Assembly (NCBI RefSeq): GCF_001194135.2
Contig: NC_068990.1
Location: 50,156,736-50,206,439 of the forward strand
Source of the DNA: Octopus bimaculoides
Lineage: Eukaryota
Direction of reading: 5' to 3'
DNA length: 49,704 nucleotides
The notes beneath the pieces were generated by a model, which was not told the origin of the DNA, did not search any database, and was given only the letters and a program-made list of their open reading frames with translations. Shown piece after piece: positions 1 through 11,750 of this stretch. The position numbers were made by a program, and so were the translations under genes. The number at the start of each line of letters is the position of its first letter. Positions within the stretch are counted from its first letter, which is position 1.

Positions 1-44
<44 letters not shown>

Positions 45-54
45 CACACACGTG

Positions 55-300
55 TGTGTGTTGGTTTGTTTACATCCCCATAACTTAATGGTTCAGGAAA
101 AGAGACCAATAGAATAACATGTTAAGGTTATCTCTATAGATTTTCTATAGAAATTATAACTAGCAGTGATTTTGTTATGACATTTCATCAATAGAATAAG
201 TTCCAGACTTATATATATATATGTTGACTAACCCCTTCAAGGCAGTACCCTAGCGTGACCACAACCCAATGACTGAAACAAATAAAAGATAAAAGAATAC
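55..300 (+). mobile_element. SINE 3' half (GACTGAAACAA..AAAAGA-type tail), interrupted by a 71-bp insertion
   Basis: Similar to the 3' half of the SINE at 33415-33780 (tttacatc..gtaactta..ggttc..aaaagagac..atagaataa ... gactgaaacaa). Confidence 0.65.
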
Positions 301-322
301 ATAATGTTCTTAATAGACTTAC

Positions 323-423
323 CAAGTTTCACGGGAAAACCGTCTGGTAATTTGGTCATCATAAACTCCCTCAACTTTTGAAACTGTTTAAAAGGAGCAA
401 TAACTTCAAGTACATCCAATAAC
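323..423 (-). CDS. ANKRD13C: ANKRD13C-like coding exon (101 nt): (A)LLDVLEVIAPFKQFQKLREFMMTKLPDGFPVKL(D)
   Basis: Matches LLNVLEVVAPFKHFNKLREFVQMKLPPGFPVKLD. TAG acceptor 426-424, GTAAG donor 322-318. The terminal exon lies outside the window. Confidence 0.92.
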
Positions 424-1012
424 CTATAAAATATAATTATAACATGATCATGACAAATTAAATGAATCTATATAAAATCATTATTGTTTCATTTTAGTTT
501 ATTTCAATTTGTTTACCTCCATTACCTTTAATAAATTTTACAAAGTAGAAAAAAGTAGTATTAAAATCAAAGAAAATCCAGTTAGATTTTAAAATGAAAT
601 AAAAACATTTGAAAGAATAATCAAAAATGCACTATCAAGACAGAACAAAACAATCTACAACTCTTGACATCTTCTTTACATCATCACATCTGAAAATTTG
701 TTTCCATTGTTTTTTGAGTTGAAATCAGTCAAACCTAGCAGCTAGATAATTGTTGCTTTTGAACCAACATTTCATGGTAATTACTTATATTAAAGAACGG
801 GGATCATAATAACGATCAATTTTATTTATCTTGGTTTGTAGGTTCTACTTTGAATTTTTTTAATTCCTGCTCTTGTACAAATGATTTTTATATCCACAAT
901 TCATTAATATTTTCTTCTCAGAAGACTCCACTGAAATCTATTAAGGTCTGGAAAATATCTGTAAATGATATTCAATTTATTCTATTTTCAATAGTTAGTC
1001 AAAAAGTAATTA

Positions 1013-3381
1013 TAGGTACAACATTGACTTCCTGGACATTGATAGTCTGGATCCTCTTATAATTTGCACTAATTTATGAGCAGGAACTTCAAATTCTTAT
1101 GGCTGTCAGACTAGTTTATTGGGTGCTCACAGATGATACTTACTTTACACTACACTTGCTGGTGGCTGATACCTCAATTCTGTGAGATTCTTAGCCTATT
1201 ATTCTTAAATTTAATCCCAACTCTGGCTTCCAACAAAGATGAGAGGGACACTGAAGACTAGTCCATATTGATTCAAGAGAAAGTTGAGCTGTTAAAAAAA
1301 CTGAACTTTGGAGCAGAAGATTTGTGAAAATTATGGTCTTAGTAAATCAACTGATAGGGAAGCAAAGGGAAAAACTATTGAAATTCTCTAGAGACAGTGA
1401 CTGCAGGAAGCAAATGTGCATTAGAAAAACAATGAAATCTAGTAAGAGTAGTGATCCTGATCAAGTGATAATGTAATGGTTTCAACAACTTTCAAGTGAT
1501 GGAGAAAAATTATTAGGTACAATGATAATAGAGCAGGCTCAGTTGTTCCACAAAGAATTTAAGCTAGAATATGAGTGCAATTATACTGAAGGATGGCTTC
1601 ACAGATTTAAGAAGTGTCATGGAATTTCCTTCAATAAAGTGTGTGGAGAAAAATGATCAGCAAGCCAGGAAGGATCTGCTGAGTGTGTGGATGAATTTCT
1701 GAAACTTGTAGCTGACAAGCTACGGTCTTGAACAGTTGTACAAAGCAGATGAAACTGCATTGAATTGGCGATGCATACTAAGGAAAACATTAAGAGTTGA
1801 AGAAGAAACACCCACAGGAGTCAAACAAGAATAGACTTATCACAGGGTGCTCAAATGCAGTAGCTATGCACAAATGTAAACTTTTGGTGATAGGAAAAAA
1901 TAAATGTCCCAGGGCTTTGGAAGGTGTTAAAATTTACTTAGTACTATATTGTGCAAATAAGAACAGTTGGATTACAACTGAGATTACCACAAAATAGTTT
2001 GAAACGTTTTTTTTTTTGTACTAGAAACCAGAGTACACCGCATATCTGTAGGCTTACCAGATAACTGTCAAATTCTTCTTATTCTGAACAACTGTTTAGC
2101 ACAACCCAAAGCTGAATTCTTGTATGTTACTTGTCCAACCCCAAGACCAAGGAATATTGCACTCTCTAAAGGTAAAGTATCACTCAATTTTCATGAAATG
2201 TATGTTAGATGGCAAGTCTGTACTGACATTTATTAAAGAATTTTACATGAAGGATGTTCTTTGGTTCAGTGCATGGGAGAATGTTGAAACGTCTACAATA
2301 AAGAAAGCCTGGCATAAGTTGTGATCTGGCCTGATGTTTGAAAATGCACCTAATGAAAATGATTATGATAATTCACAGGCTTTCATTCATCAAACAAAAA
2401 AGTTGTGGTTCATGAGTTGCTTGAGAATGCAGAAAATGCTGCAAGACCTGTTGCTTAGAATATAGCAAATAATCTTACTTAAGAGTGGATGAATATTGAC
2501 AAAAAAGAAACACCTGTCTATAATTTCCAAGTTTTTCAGACTTGGAAAATATAGACACTGTTCTGCATACTGATAAAAATGTAAGAAAATGAAGATGAAA
2601 TGGTGGTAGCTGGAAGGATTTTCCCACGATGAATTGATTGAGTTGGTGACTTAAGTAATCAGGGGTTAAAACAGCAAAGTTTTATGGAACAAGAACTAAT
2701 GAATTTATGTTTGTTGCATAAAAAATTATACAGGGAAAGATCAAAAAGCATGAAGCAACTTTACTTGGATGATATGTTTAAAAAGATAGACAAGAAGAAT
2801 GTGTAGAGTAATTAGTAAACTTGTATTTAATTGGTGAGGGTGCATGGCCTAGTGGTTGGGGTGTTACACTCACAATTGTGAGATTGTGCTTTCAATTCCT
2901 GGATTGGGCAGTGCATTGTGTTCTTGAGCAAAACATTTCACCTCACGTTACTCTGTGATCATTTTGACATCTGACATGTGGCATACTGTGCACCTGTTCA
3001 GGCAATGTCGATTTGATGGAGGGAGTGAACTAATATACAGCACATACATTTGATTACTGTAAACAAATCACCTGTGTATATTGTTCAAGAAGTTGCTGAA
3101 CTGTCCTTCTCAGACTATGAGAGACTACTATCATCATCATTTAATTGGTTTAACAATATTGTTTAATTAATCCTGCTTCACAGTATTTTGCAGAGTATAG
3201 TATTAACAAAGATGTATCATTTATACTAACGCACAGATACTTGTATTTCATTTAAATATTTAAGTAAATTTAATATTTGTTTAATTTAGTGTTGACCAAG
3301 GTAACCACCCCCAGTTTGGGAAAACCAGTAATCCAGAAGAGCTTTGGAACCAAAAGTTCTGGAAAATCAATGTTGAACCTG
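1013..3381 (+). mobile_element. Tigger/pogo-family DNA transposon, full span, decayed transposase
   Basis: TIRs taggtacaacattgacttcc (1013) vs revcomp caggttcaacattgattttc (3381), 16/20 identical; TA at 1011-1012. Broken CENP-B HTH (EGWLHRFKKCHG ~1590-1620) and DDE_1 motifs (KLLVIGKNKCPRA; VQPQDQGILHSLKVKY; AWENV..STIKKAWHKL). Confidence 0.85.
2836..3138 (+). mobile_element. tRNA-derived SINE nested in the Tigger element
   Basis: A-box-like TGGCCTAGTGG, B-box-like TTTCAATTCC, (CAT)n tail. Perfect 11-bp TSD atttaattggt at 2825-2835 and 3139-3149. Confidence 0.85.
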
Positions 3382-3586
3382 CAATACAAATCCAAAGTCA
3401 TGATTGTGCAAGATATTGCAATTTACATATATAAAAAATTTTAGGTGGTGATACTGTTGCTGCCACTACATCTTTTTTAGTTGGACAGCTAAATGCCTTT
3501 CCAGATAATTTGGTTCCACTGGTCTCCACACACACACACACACACATACACATGTCTGTATGTATGTATATATGTCACTATATGTA

Positions 3587-6025
3587 CAGTGGCCTACAAT
3601 ATCTTTATGGCCAACGTAATAAAAGTGAAATATCTACCTTGATGAAAAATTATCCAAAGTGCCTCTGAAATTTTGTCTCAGTATTTTGTTGGCCCTCCTT
3701 TAGCAAATAGTATGGCTTTTCACCATGGATTTCATTAAATTATCAACTCTTTGGCCAATGCTTCTTTTAATTCTATAATCTTATATTATAAAAGATAAAT
3801 GGACCATCTATTAGAAGGAGGGGGAAAAAGGGGAAGAATCAAAATATGTCACAATGTATTTTTAGAAGGGGAGGAGAAAAAGTTGTTGTTGAGAGAAATA
3901 CAAAGTGTGTGTGAGGGAGAGAGAGAAAGAGTGTGTGTGAAAGACTAATATATATATACATATATATATAGAGAGAGATAGGCAAGTAGTTGTCACCATA
4001 GTAACTAACAAGTTTTGATTAAAACACAGGAATTTTAAGTGGCTTCAAAAAACGACTTTCATTATATAACAATATAGTTATTTTATTGTTTTTTTTTTGT
4101 GTGTGTATTTCTGTATGTAATGACAAGTTGTTGTTGAGAGAGAAATTCAGCAAGAGAGAGAATGTGTGTGTTTGAAAGATAGAATTAAAATTTGTTTCAA
4201 GAAAAAAAAAAACAGGTTGTTGTTGAGAGAGAAATACAGTGAGAGTGAGAGGAAAAGTGTGTGTGAAAGATAGATAGGTAGACTGTTGTCACCTTAGTAA
4301 CTAATGTGACTTTCATTATATAACAGTCTATTATCAAAAGAAGGTGTACATGATTAACAAATATTTTTATCAGCAGTGTAGTGATGGATAAAGACCTAGC
4401 TTATATAATAACTTCTGACAATCTTGCTTGCATCTTTATATCAGGATGTTCCCATATTTATTCTACAGGATCAAGATCTGGGCTTTGAACAATTCAGAGA
4501 ACCCTTTCCTTGAGTTCTTCTGCAAGCTTTCTTATCAATTCTTACATTAGTATTCCCAAGTATTTGGCAGTATTTAAATGATTTTTGACAAAAATAAGCT
4601 CTGATTTGCATATCGCCTAAACTAATCCTCCCCCATACTTAGATGTTCCCTTTAAACAACCTGACTTCCATACTTCAGTTTTGTTGTACCACTTATATAT
4701 TTGTCTTAAATTAAAAAATTAGCAGAATTTGCTTTCATCAGACCAAATCTTGTCTTCCTTGTTAAGTCAAGCTGAATCTTTGGAATCATCGGTTTATTTC
4801 TTACAACTTTTTCTTCGTATCCAAAGTTTTAAGTCAATGTTTAATAAGTTCCCACTTAAACGCTCTTATAGCAGGCTTAGATTTGAATCCACATGAGCTC
4901 AGTAATGAGAAATAGGCCACATCATATCAGGTGACTTGCCCTGAACTCTGATGAATAGTATTTCAGTTGTTATCAGTAGAAGTTTCCATGTGCTTCCTGC
5001 CAAAACATGGCTATAGATTGAAGTGTGTGTGTGTGTGTGTGTATCAAGCTCTCATAGGCAGAAAGACAAAACCTGTGCAGCATGGCAGAGAAGCAGTGGT
5101 TGAGAGGTCCCAGAGAAGACAGAGGAACAAGATTCTTGGTTGACTGTTCAATCTGGAGTTAAAAAAAGAATCACTCGACTTCCATGAACACAATATTCTC
5201 ACTTCTCAAGACATTCACAATTCTCACTTGTTACACCATATGAAGATGCAGCTATCTAATCCTTGACCTGCCTGCTTACATGCATACATACATACAAATA
5301 TCATTTAAGTACATGTGCATATCTAGATATGCAACTATATGCATAAGAATACATACATAAAACAAAACATACAAATCTGCACATATATATACAAAAAATA
5401 CCCTGTTAATGTTGAAATTCCAATGAAAGAGCCTTGGATCTAGGTTAGAAACCAGCACTTTCTCTATTGGCAAGAAATCTTGAAATAAAACTAATGACAC
5501 ACACACATATACAATTCACTGCTAGCAATCAGCAATACCACCTCTGGCAAATAACTATTGTAATCATGGTAATGTTTATGTATAAATGAATGGTTTCCTT
5601 GGAAACTTCAAATAGACTTGGTTTTAATATAGGTAATGCACACAACCCAACCTAACCAACATCACCAAATATCAATAACCCATTCTGCCAGTTCTGAACC
5701 TTCACTGCTACTCAGAAACTTTCTACAGCTTTCCAGATCTCTTCATTTAGTAATGTCCTTTTTCAATTTGTCTTGACTATGTTATTCACTGTAAAAGTAA
5801 AACTGAGCAAGTTCTTGCTTGGACTTTCCATACTGATGCCAGTTAATGACTTATCCACATGTAAATTCATTGATATCTTTTCTCCCCAATAGCTCCCATT
5901 GTTGAGTTTTATGAAACTGATGTTTTAATTTATCCCAAAACACAAATTCATCTAAGTACCTGCAAAGAAGTGATAACCCAATACACCAACAAAATCAACA
6001 GATGACTACTCTCTGTAGGCCACTG
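3587..6025 (-). mobile_element. Tc1-family DNA transposon, decayed, with internal insertions
   Basis: Perfect 12-bp TIR CAGTGGCCTACA with TA on both sides (3585-86, 6026-27). Minus-strand relics DKIWSDESKF (~4725-4752), SKYGGGLV (~4620-4643) and PDLDPVE*IWEH (~4445-4483), which are the Tc1 DDE motifs. Confidence 0.85.
3870..4330 (+). repeat. Three degenerate copies of a gttgttgttgagagagaaat..gtgtgtgtgaaaga unit inside the Tc1
   Basis: Unit seen at ~3885, ~4127 and ~4216. Two copies are followed by gttgtcacc.tagtaactaa and gactttcattatataac. Confidence 0.6.
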
Positions 6026-6068
6026 TATGTGCATCTATATTTGTCTCTATATGCATGTATATGTTTCA

Positions 6069-6104
<36 letters not shown>

Positions 6105-7905
6105 TGAAACATATACATGCAATGATTTTAAATGTAAATTCAGTGTAATAATTGTTTTGCATTGAGTTATAGAGGTTCAGTCATTTCTCTTTCTGTCAGA
6201 AGTGCAGTGAACCAGTAATTTGCAAGTTGGAAACCTGTAACCAACAAGGTACTGTACAATATAGTGTTGAATATAAATTCATTTAGCTTTAGCTTAATCA
6301 CTGCTACTTAATGTGTCTTCAATTAATTAATTACATTGAGTTTGACAAACCTCAGCACATACTAGGATATTTATTTTATGCTGTTTACATATAACAATAG
6401 TAGTTCTAAATGGGCTATGAACAACTGATGTAAAAGATAAAGTGAAACTCTGCAGAATCATGTGTCTTATAGTTCAATAATGTCATTCATAGCCAGCTTG
6501 CTGTGTTTTCATGCAAGAATTTCTCCTCTGGAATGGTTACTGCAGCAAAGGTCTTCCCACATTTGAATGCAAATGCACTAACTGCATTAGTGATAACATG
6601 AATTCACTTGCTGTACACTTTCTGAAATTTTTTATGTAAATTTTGCATTTTCTGAAATTTTTGGGTATTTGAACAAATCCTTTATTTTGCTTTTATTTTT
6701 ATATTTTATTTTCTAAATTATGTAAAAAAATTATATAAGCTTCAAATTTTGTAATAGTGGTTCAATGTGAATGATTTTCAAATGCAGTAATTAAGAGAAA
6801 AGGCATCAAGCACAATATATGGAAGAGTTTGAGCCTGATGTTTTAATTTCTATGTGGGTAAATGATGTTGACAGTGATACCAAGAGTGATTTCCAGAATA
6901 AGTGAAAAATTTTTTTAATTTCTCTTCTAAAATTTTCAGAAGAAATTGGAGCCAATTAATCATCTCATAACTCAAAGCCTATTGATTATTTACTTTTGTT
7001 TATCAATTCAAGAGTTTCAAATAAGCATGGTAGAGACTAATCACTATGCAAAATTATGAACAAAGAAAAAAGGAAGACAAACAGGATGCAATTAGAGCAT
7101 TTTCACCATACATATAATAATTGGTATAATACTAAGCTATATATTGATATCATATAATATTGGCTAATTTTATATGATGATATATGATGATATCTAAATA
7201 ACTTTATATTTGTATTTACCTGAAATTTGAGTAATTTTTAAAGAAATTTTGTAATAGATTTGTGGAAGAACATTTTAAATTGTTTAAAACACCTCTTTAA
7301 AATATTGATAAATAAAAAAAGTTAGAACTGTTTTACAAAACTGGTTTAAATTCATAAATAAAATATATAATTTGAATCAAATAGATGTGTATTTTATTTA
7401 AATAATAATAACAGAAAGGCTAAACAACTACTCATCAGTTATATAGAGACTGACTGCTTACAGCAAAATACTATAATTCTCCATAGTATCTGTTAGTTAA
7501 ATGTACTAGGTCAATGACTGTTAAGTGTTAATCCCAAGAACACATACCAGAAACAGCATATAATCTGTCAACTTGTCATCTGGTGAATAAATATTCTATG
7601 ACTACAGCAGGTATGACACTGTGATAGAAAAATAGTCTAAATAAAAATACAAAAGACTCAAGAAAATATAGAAATGAAATTGTTTTCCGAGATAACTGAA
7701 ATTTTGTAATTTGTTTTCAGTAGAATAAAAAACCAAAAAACAAAACAAAACAAAATTGTAACATTTTGCTTAGAACAATATTAGTTGCTTAAGTTCTTTT
7801 GTTTTATAAAAGTCCTTTTTACAAATATCAAATTTCCACTATTTTCAATAAGATTTAAAAGAAATAATAATTCTAATATCTAAATTTTAGGAAAATAAAA
7901 CTTAC

Positions 7906-7934
7906 GCTTCAACAGCCATTGGAAAATCTTCACT
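7906..7934 (-). CDS. ANKRD13C: ANKRD13C-like micro-exon (29 nt): SEDFPMAVE(A)
   Basis: Matches SQEFPLGIEL. TTTTAG acceptor and GTAAG donor. Phase 0 in, phase 2 out, which exactly bridges the neighbouring exons. Confidence 0.85.
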
Positions 7935-8196
7935 CTAAAATAAAGCAAAGATACAGTATCATTTTCACAATTCAAGGAAAACAGTTGAGAAAAACTTTCA
8001 AAATTTCAAATAAAATATCAAGATTAATTTATTACAGGGGAAATTATAGATATATAAATTAAAAATATCCATCTTTATCTTACCCAAAAAAGTAAAGAAC
8101 ATATCTTTTCTACTTTTGTTTTGAATTCCTTTGATTCCAAAAGTGCATGTATGTCAGATTGCTTATGGAGGCTACTGAATTGTGAGAGAATGTGAA

Positions 8197-8307
<111 letters not shown>

Positions 8308-8479
8308 TCTGTTGCTAAAGCTTTATAGGGTCTAACAGGTGTTTGTTCTTGGCAGAACATTGATAGGAAGATACTTTGTAAACCTAATATCTCAACAACC
8401 TTCAATATCATTCAATGAGTTACAATTTTCTGAATATTCAGTTACACAAACACAAAATCTTGTTCGGCAGTGGTTTCAG

Positions 8480-9915
8480 AGTATTTGTGACAGTAACACA
8501 CACAGAGATTCTTAATCTAGTTCAAATAAAGATATAAACAGTGCTGATAAAGAAGTTGAAATTCCAGTTTTTTAATGAAGATCAATAGAAACTCTGACAC
8601 ATCACATGTTGGAGAAGGGGAATAAGAGAAAGAACTGTCTACTAGCAAGATCTAGCTGTGTTATAATAAGGGTTCCCTAGATGTGACTGAATGTGATCAA
8701 CTAGAATGAGCTCATGCTTTGATAGGGCATTTCAACAGAAAATTCTTTTAAATTCACTCCACCTTTTACAGGGATTGCAACTGCTTCTGTGAAGGAAGTT
8801 TGTTCAGAACTTGATTGTCCTAATCTACTCATCAATGAAGAAGTCCTTCCTGTGCATCAGAAATGTACACCTGCTTCTTTCAGAAAATATTCATCTGTCA
8901 TGATTTATGTCTGCTATACACAACAGTGTGCATGGTCAGTTAAGAGGGAAAAGATAGAGCCCTTCAATTTACTTTTGAAAATGTTCCAGATTGCTTTGTA
9001 TCCATTTCAGGCCTTTGCCTGGATTGAAATGGGCATGAGATTCAAGGGACAATGGACTTACAAACAATTCAATGCGAATAAACCCCAAAAGTACAATATA
9101 AAATCTTTTTGGATTATGTGATACAGAAATAGGAGATGTTTACAATATTTTGATCTACTTTGACTTCAATACCTCAAACACCTGAACACAGATCCTGAAG
9201 TGGACAAGCTATTAAAATCCTTGATATACTCATTCAGCCACTTGTAAAGAGACACACCAGAACTCTTGGTGTCAAACGAACTAATTACATGGGTACAGTT
9301 AATATAGCCACAGAAGTTTCCTACAGGACTCAAACAATTCATCTGTGCATTTTAGGGATAAGAAGGTAAAAAAGTTGGTGGCAATAACATCAAACTTACA
9401 CATCTACTCCAATTGTAATCTTGAGAGGTGGTGTTAAACTGGCTGTCATTGATAAGTTCAACAGAAATATGAATAAGTATAATAAATTAGACCAAATGGT
9501 GAACTGGTACGGAATCCACAACAGGCATGGAATAAAATATTGAAGACTGTTTTTATAGGTCATCGAAGTTGCTCAATATAATGCATTTATTCTCTTCATT
9601 ATGTCCAGCACAGATGTTACGAAAAAAATTACCTGCAAAACAAAGCTTAGTTCACCAGCTTTATGAAGAGGCAATAATGCACCTGATTAAACAAACACGT
9701 GATTATTGTTTTGCATGTAGATACAAACCTTCCTTTGCACATTCTTTAAAAAGAATGCAAGGTACACTTCTTCAATATTATAATGCAAAGCACACAGATA
9801 ATGTAGTGTGCAGCAGCCCAGCCAAGGGAATTTGCACTTATTTTTATTATTGTGGCTGCACAAATAAAACACACCTTCATCCAAAAAAAATGCTTTTATA
9901 AGCATCATATGAAAG
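8480..9915 (+). mobile_element. piggyBac-family transposase relic
   Basis: Across frameshifts: WIEMGMRFKGQWTYKQFNANKPQKYNIKSFGLCD..IGDVYNILIY (DE..M..FKG..KP.K.GIK motif), YMGTV, KLAVIDKFNRNMNKYNKLDQM (YN..M.GVD..DQ motif), and a C-terminal Cys-rich region VVC..CTYFYYCGC..HLH..KCFYKHH. No TIR found; left boundary approximate. Confidence 0.75.
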
Positions 9916-9967
9916 TGTGCAGGTAAAGCTGACATGTTGAAGAACACATCACAACTTCTGGCATAAC

Positions 9968-10181
9968 TTTCATAACGTCCGCTTTCCATGCTAGCATGGG
10001 TTGGACGATTTGACTGAGGACTGGTGAAACCGGATGGCAACACCAGGCTCCAGTCTAATTTGGCAGAGTTTCTACAGCTGGATGCCCTTCCTAACGCCAA
10101 CCACTCAGAGAGTGTAGTGGGTGCTTTTACGTGTCACCCGCACGAAAACGGCCACGCTCGAAATGGTGTCTTTTATGTGCC
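9968..10181 (-). mobile_element. SINE 3' part with RTE-type tail, runs into gap
   Basis: Reverse complement of the recurring gtggttggcgttaggaagggcatccagc...ccaacccatgc.agcatggaaagcggacgtt module also at 21.5, 26.25, 30.4 and 38.0 kb. Confidence 0.75.
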
Positions 10182-10534
10182 NNNNNNNNNNNNNNNNNNN
10201 NNNNNNNNNNNNNNNNNNNNNNNNNNNNNNNNNNNNNNNNNNNNNNNNNNNNNNNNNNNNNNNNNNNNNNNNNNNNNNNNNNNNNNNNNNNNNNNNNNNN
10301 NNNNNNNNNNNNNNNNNNNNNNNNNNNNNNNNNNNNNNNNNNNNNNNNNNNNNNNNNNNNNNNNNNNNNNNNNNNNNNNNNNNNNNNNNNNNNNNNNNNN
10401 NNNNNNNNNNNNNNNNNNNNNNNNNNNNNNNNNNNNNNNNNNNNNNNNNNNNNNNNNNNNNNNNNNNNNNNNNNNNNNNNNNNNNNNNNNNNNNNNNNNN
10501 NNNNNNNNNNNNNNNNNNNNNNNNNNNNNNNNNN

Positions 10535-10870
10535 CTCTTTCTCTCTCTGTGAAAGTATCTGTCACTACAGTATCGAAATGTGATTGTTTCAGTTAGTGGA
10601 ATAGTTTCATTTTTAAAGTGAAAGTATTTGACATGAGTGTTTTTGTTTCACTTTTGACACGTAATACTTAAATAGTGGAGGAGATATTATGTTGCTGTGT
10701 GCTCGAACTCTGCAAGAAGTTAATAATTTTTTTTGACTAAAACACAACTGGAACCCTAAGTAAGGCATGTGTAAAATTTGAATGAAATTGGTTGCGTAGT
10801 TCTCGAGTTTTAGGGATTCACACAGACAGACAGACAGACAGACACACATTCTCATTTTTATATATATAGA
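10535..10870 (-). mobile_element. Non-autonomous Helitron 5' part
   Basis: Minus strand reads A|TCTATATATATAAAAATGAGAATGTGTG(TCTG)n, a typical non-autonomous Helitron 5' end with internal microsatellite. The 3' end probably lies in the gap. Confidence 0.6.
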
Positions 10871-11042
10871 TATACCATAGTGAACTCCTATCCTCAAGTA
10901 TGACTAGATTACAAATTTGTACTTCTTTCTCAACAGTTGGGCAAGAGGAACATTGGGCTTATATAACTCAAAGCAGCATGACAAAGAAAGAGATGATAAA
11001 GGTTCAAAATAAATTTACATGGTATTCTAAATGAACACTTAC

Positions 11043-11195
11043 CATAGCAACAGTTGCTTTATAGGTTTTACTATTTTCTTTTGATATTGGAGTACGTCCT
11101 AAACAAGGAAATTTGCCAGGAAAGGAATGTATGTAGTCTCCCCATTTTACACATGGCTTTGGTGGTGGAGCCAAAGAACAACGCCTTTCTGGTTG
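11043..11195 (-). CDS. ANKRD13C: ANKRD13C-like coding exon (153 nt): QPERRCSLAPPPKPCVKWGDYIHSFPGKFPCLGRTPISKENSKTYKATVAM
   Basis: Matches ANKRD13C PIRRQSLTPPP..TWEEYI....GKAPHLGR...KESKKTFKATIAM. TAG acceptor 11198-11196, GTAAG donor 11042-11038. Phase 0/0. Confidence 0.9.
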
Positions 11196-11479
11196 CTATA
11201 CAAACAAGAAAGTTTATAAGAATTAAATATGTAGTAACAAATTCAATACTGAATAATTTAGCTTTGCAAATAGGGCCTGGTTCCACATTCACACATTTGA
11301 CATTTGAAAGGATACCTACCTAATTGTATTTTAACACCAATTTAATACAAGTCAATCACAACAGACCAGTTCCATCTACCTTACTAAGATCAAGAATTTT
11401 CAAAAATAGAAGATATGACTGAATATCATTACTGAAATTTTATTGAAAACATTTTTGTTTACAGAATCAATTACCTTAT

Positions 11480-11750
11480 TTTATCGCATGATCACATTAC
11501 TGATCAGGCTATCAGATGTTGTTACACATCACTGGTCACAATGTGCTTTTGCATTGTTTTAGCCTTCAAATGATGCCATTCTGCTGGATAGGTGAGCAGG
11601 CCATCAATCTCCACTGATTGAAGGGGGACTGGAGCAATGTGAATGAAGTATTTTACTCAAGAACATAACACACAGACCAATCAGGGAATCAAACCTACAA
11701 TCGCTAGATCGTGAGTACAACAGCCTAACCACTAGGCCACACATCTTCAC
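11480..11750 (-). mobile_element. tRNA-derived SINE
   Basis: Reverse complement has head GTGTGGCCTAGTGGTTAGG..GGTTTGATTCC and the ttcttgagtaaaa block shared with the SINE at 2836. Confidence 0.75.

Noticed and set aside
237-322. ORF extension GKSIKNIMYSF... after FPVKL
   Set aside because: Read-through into the intron past the GTAAG donor at 322; homology stops there.
2836-2910. tRNA gene (also 11680-11750 and 49580-49652)
   Set aside because: Only A/B-box-like remnants continuing into SINE bodies; no intact cloverleaf.
10024-10596. Long ORFs spanning N gaps (also 14345-15259, 26208-26530, 39860-40846)
   Set aside because: They are open only because N codons contain no stops.
11071-11292. 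Minus-strand ORF overlapping the ANKRD13C exon, and plus-strand ORF 11054-11323
   Set aside because: Wrong frame or strand relative to the conserved exon; no recognisable protein and no support for dual coding.
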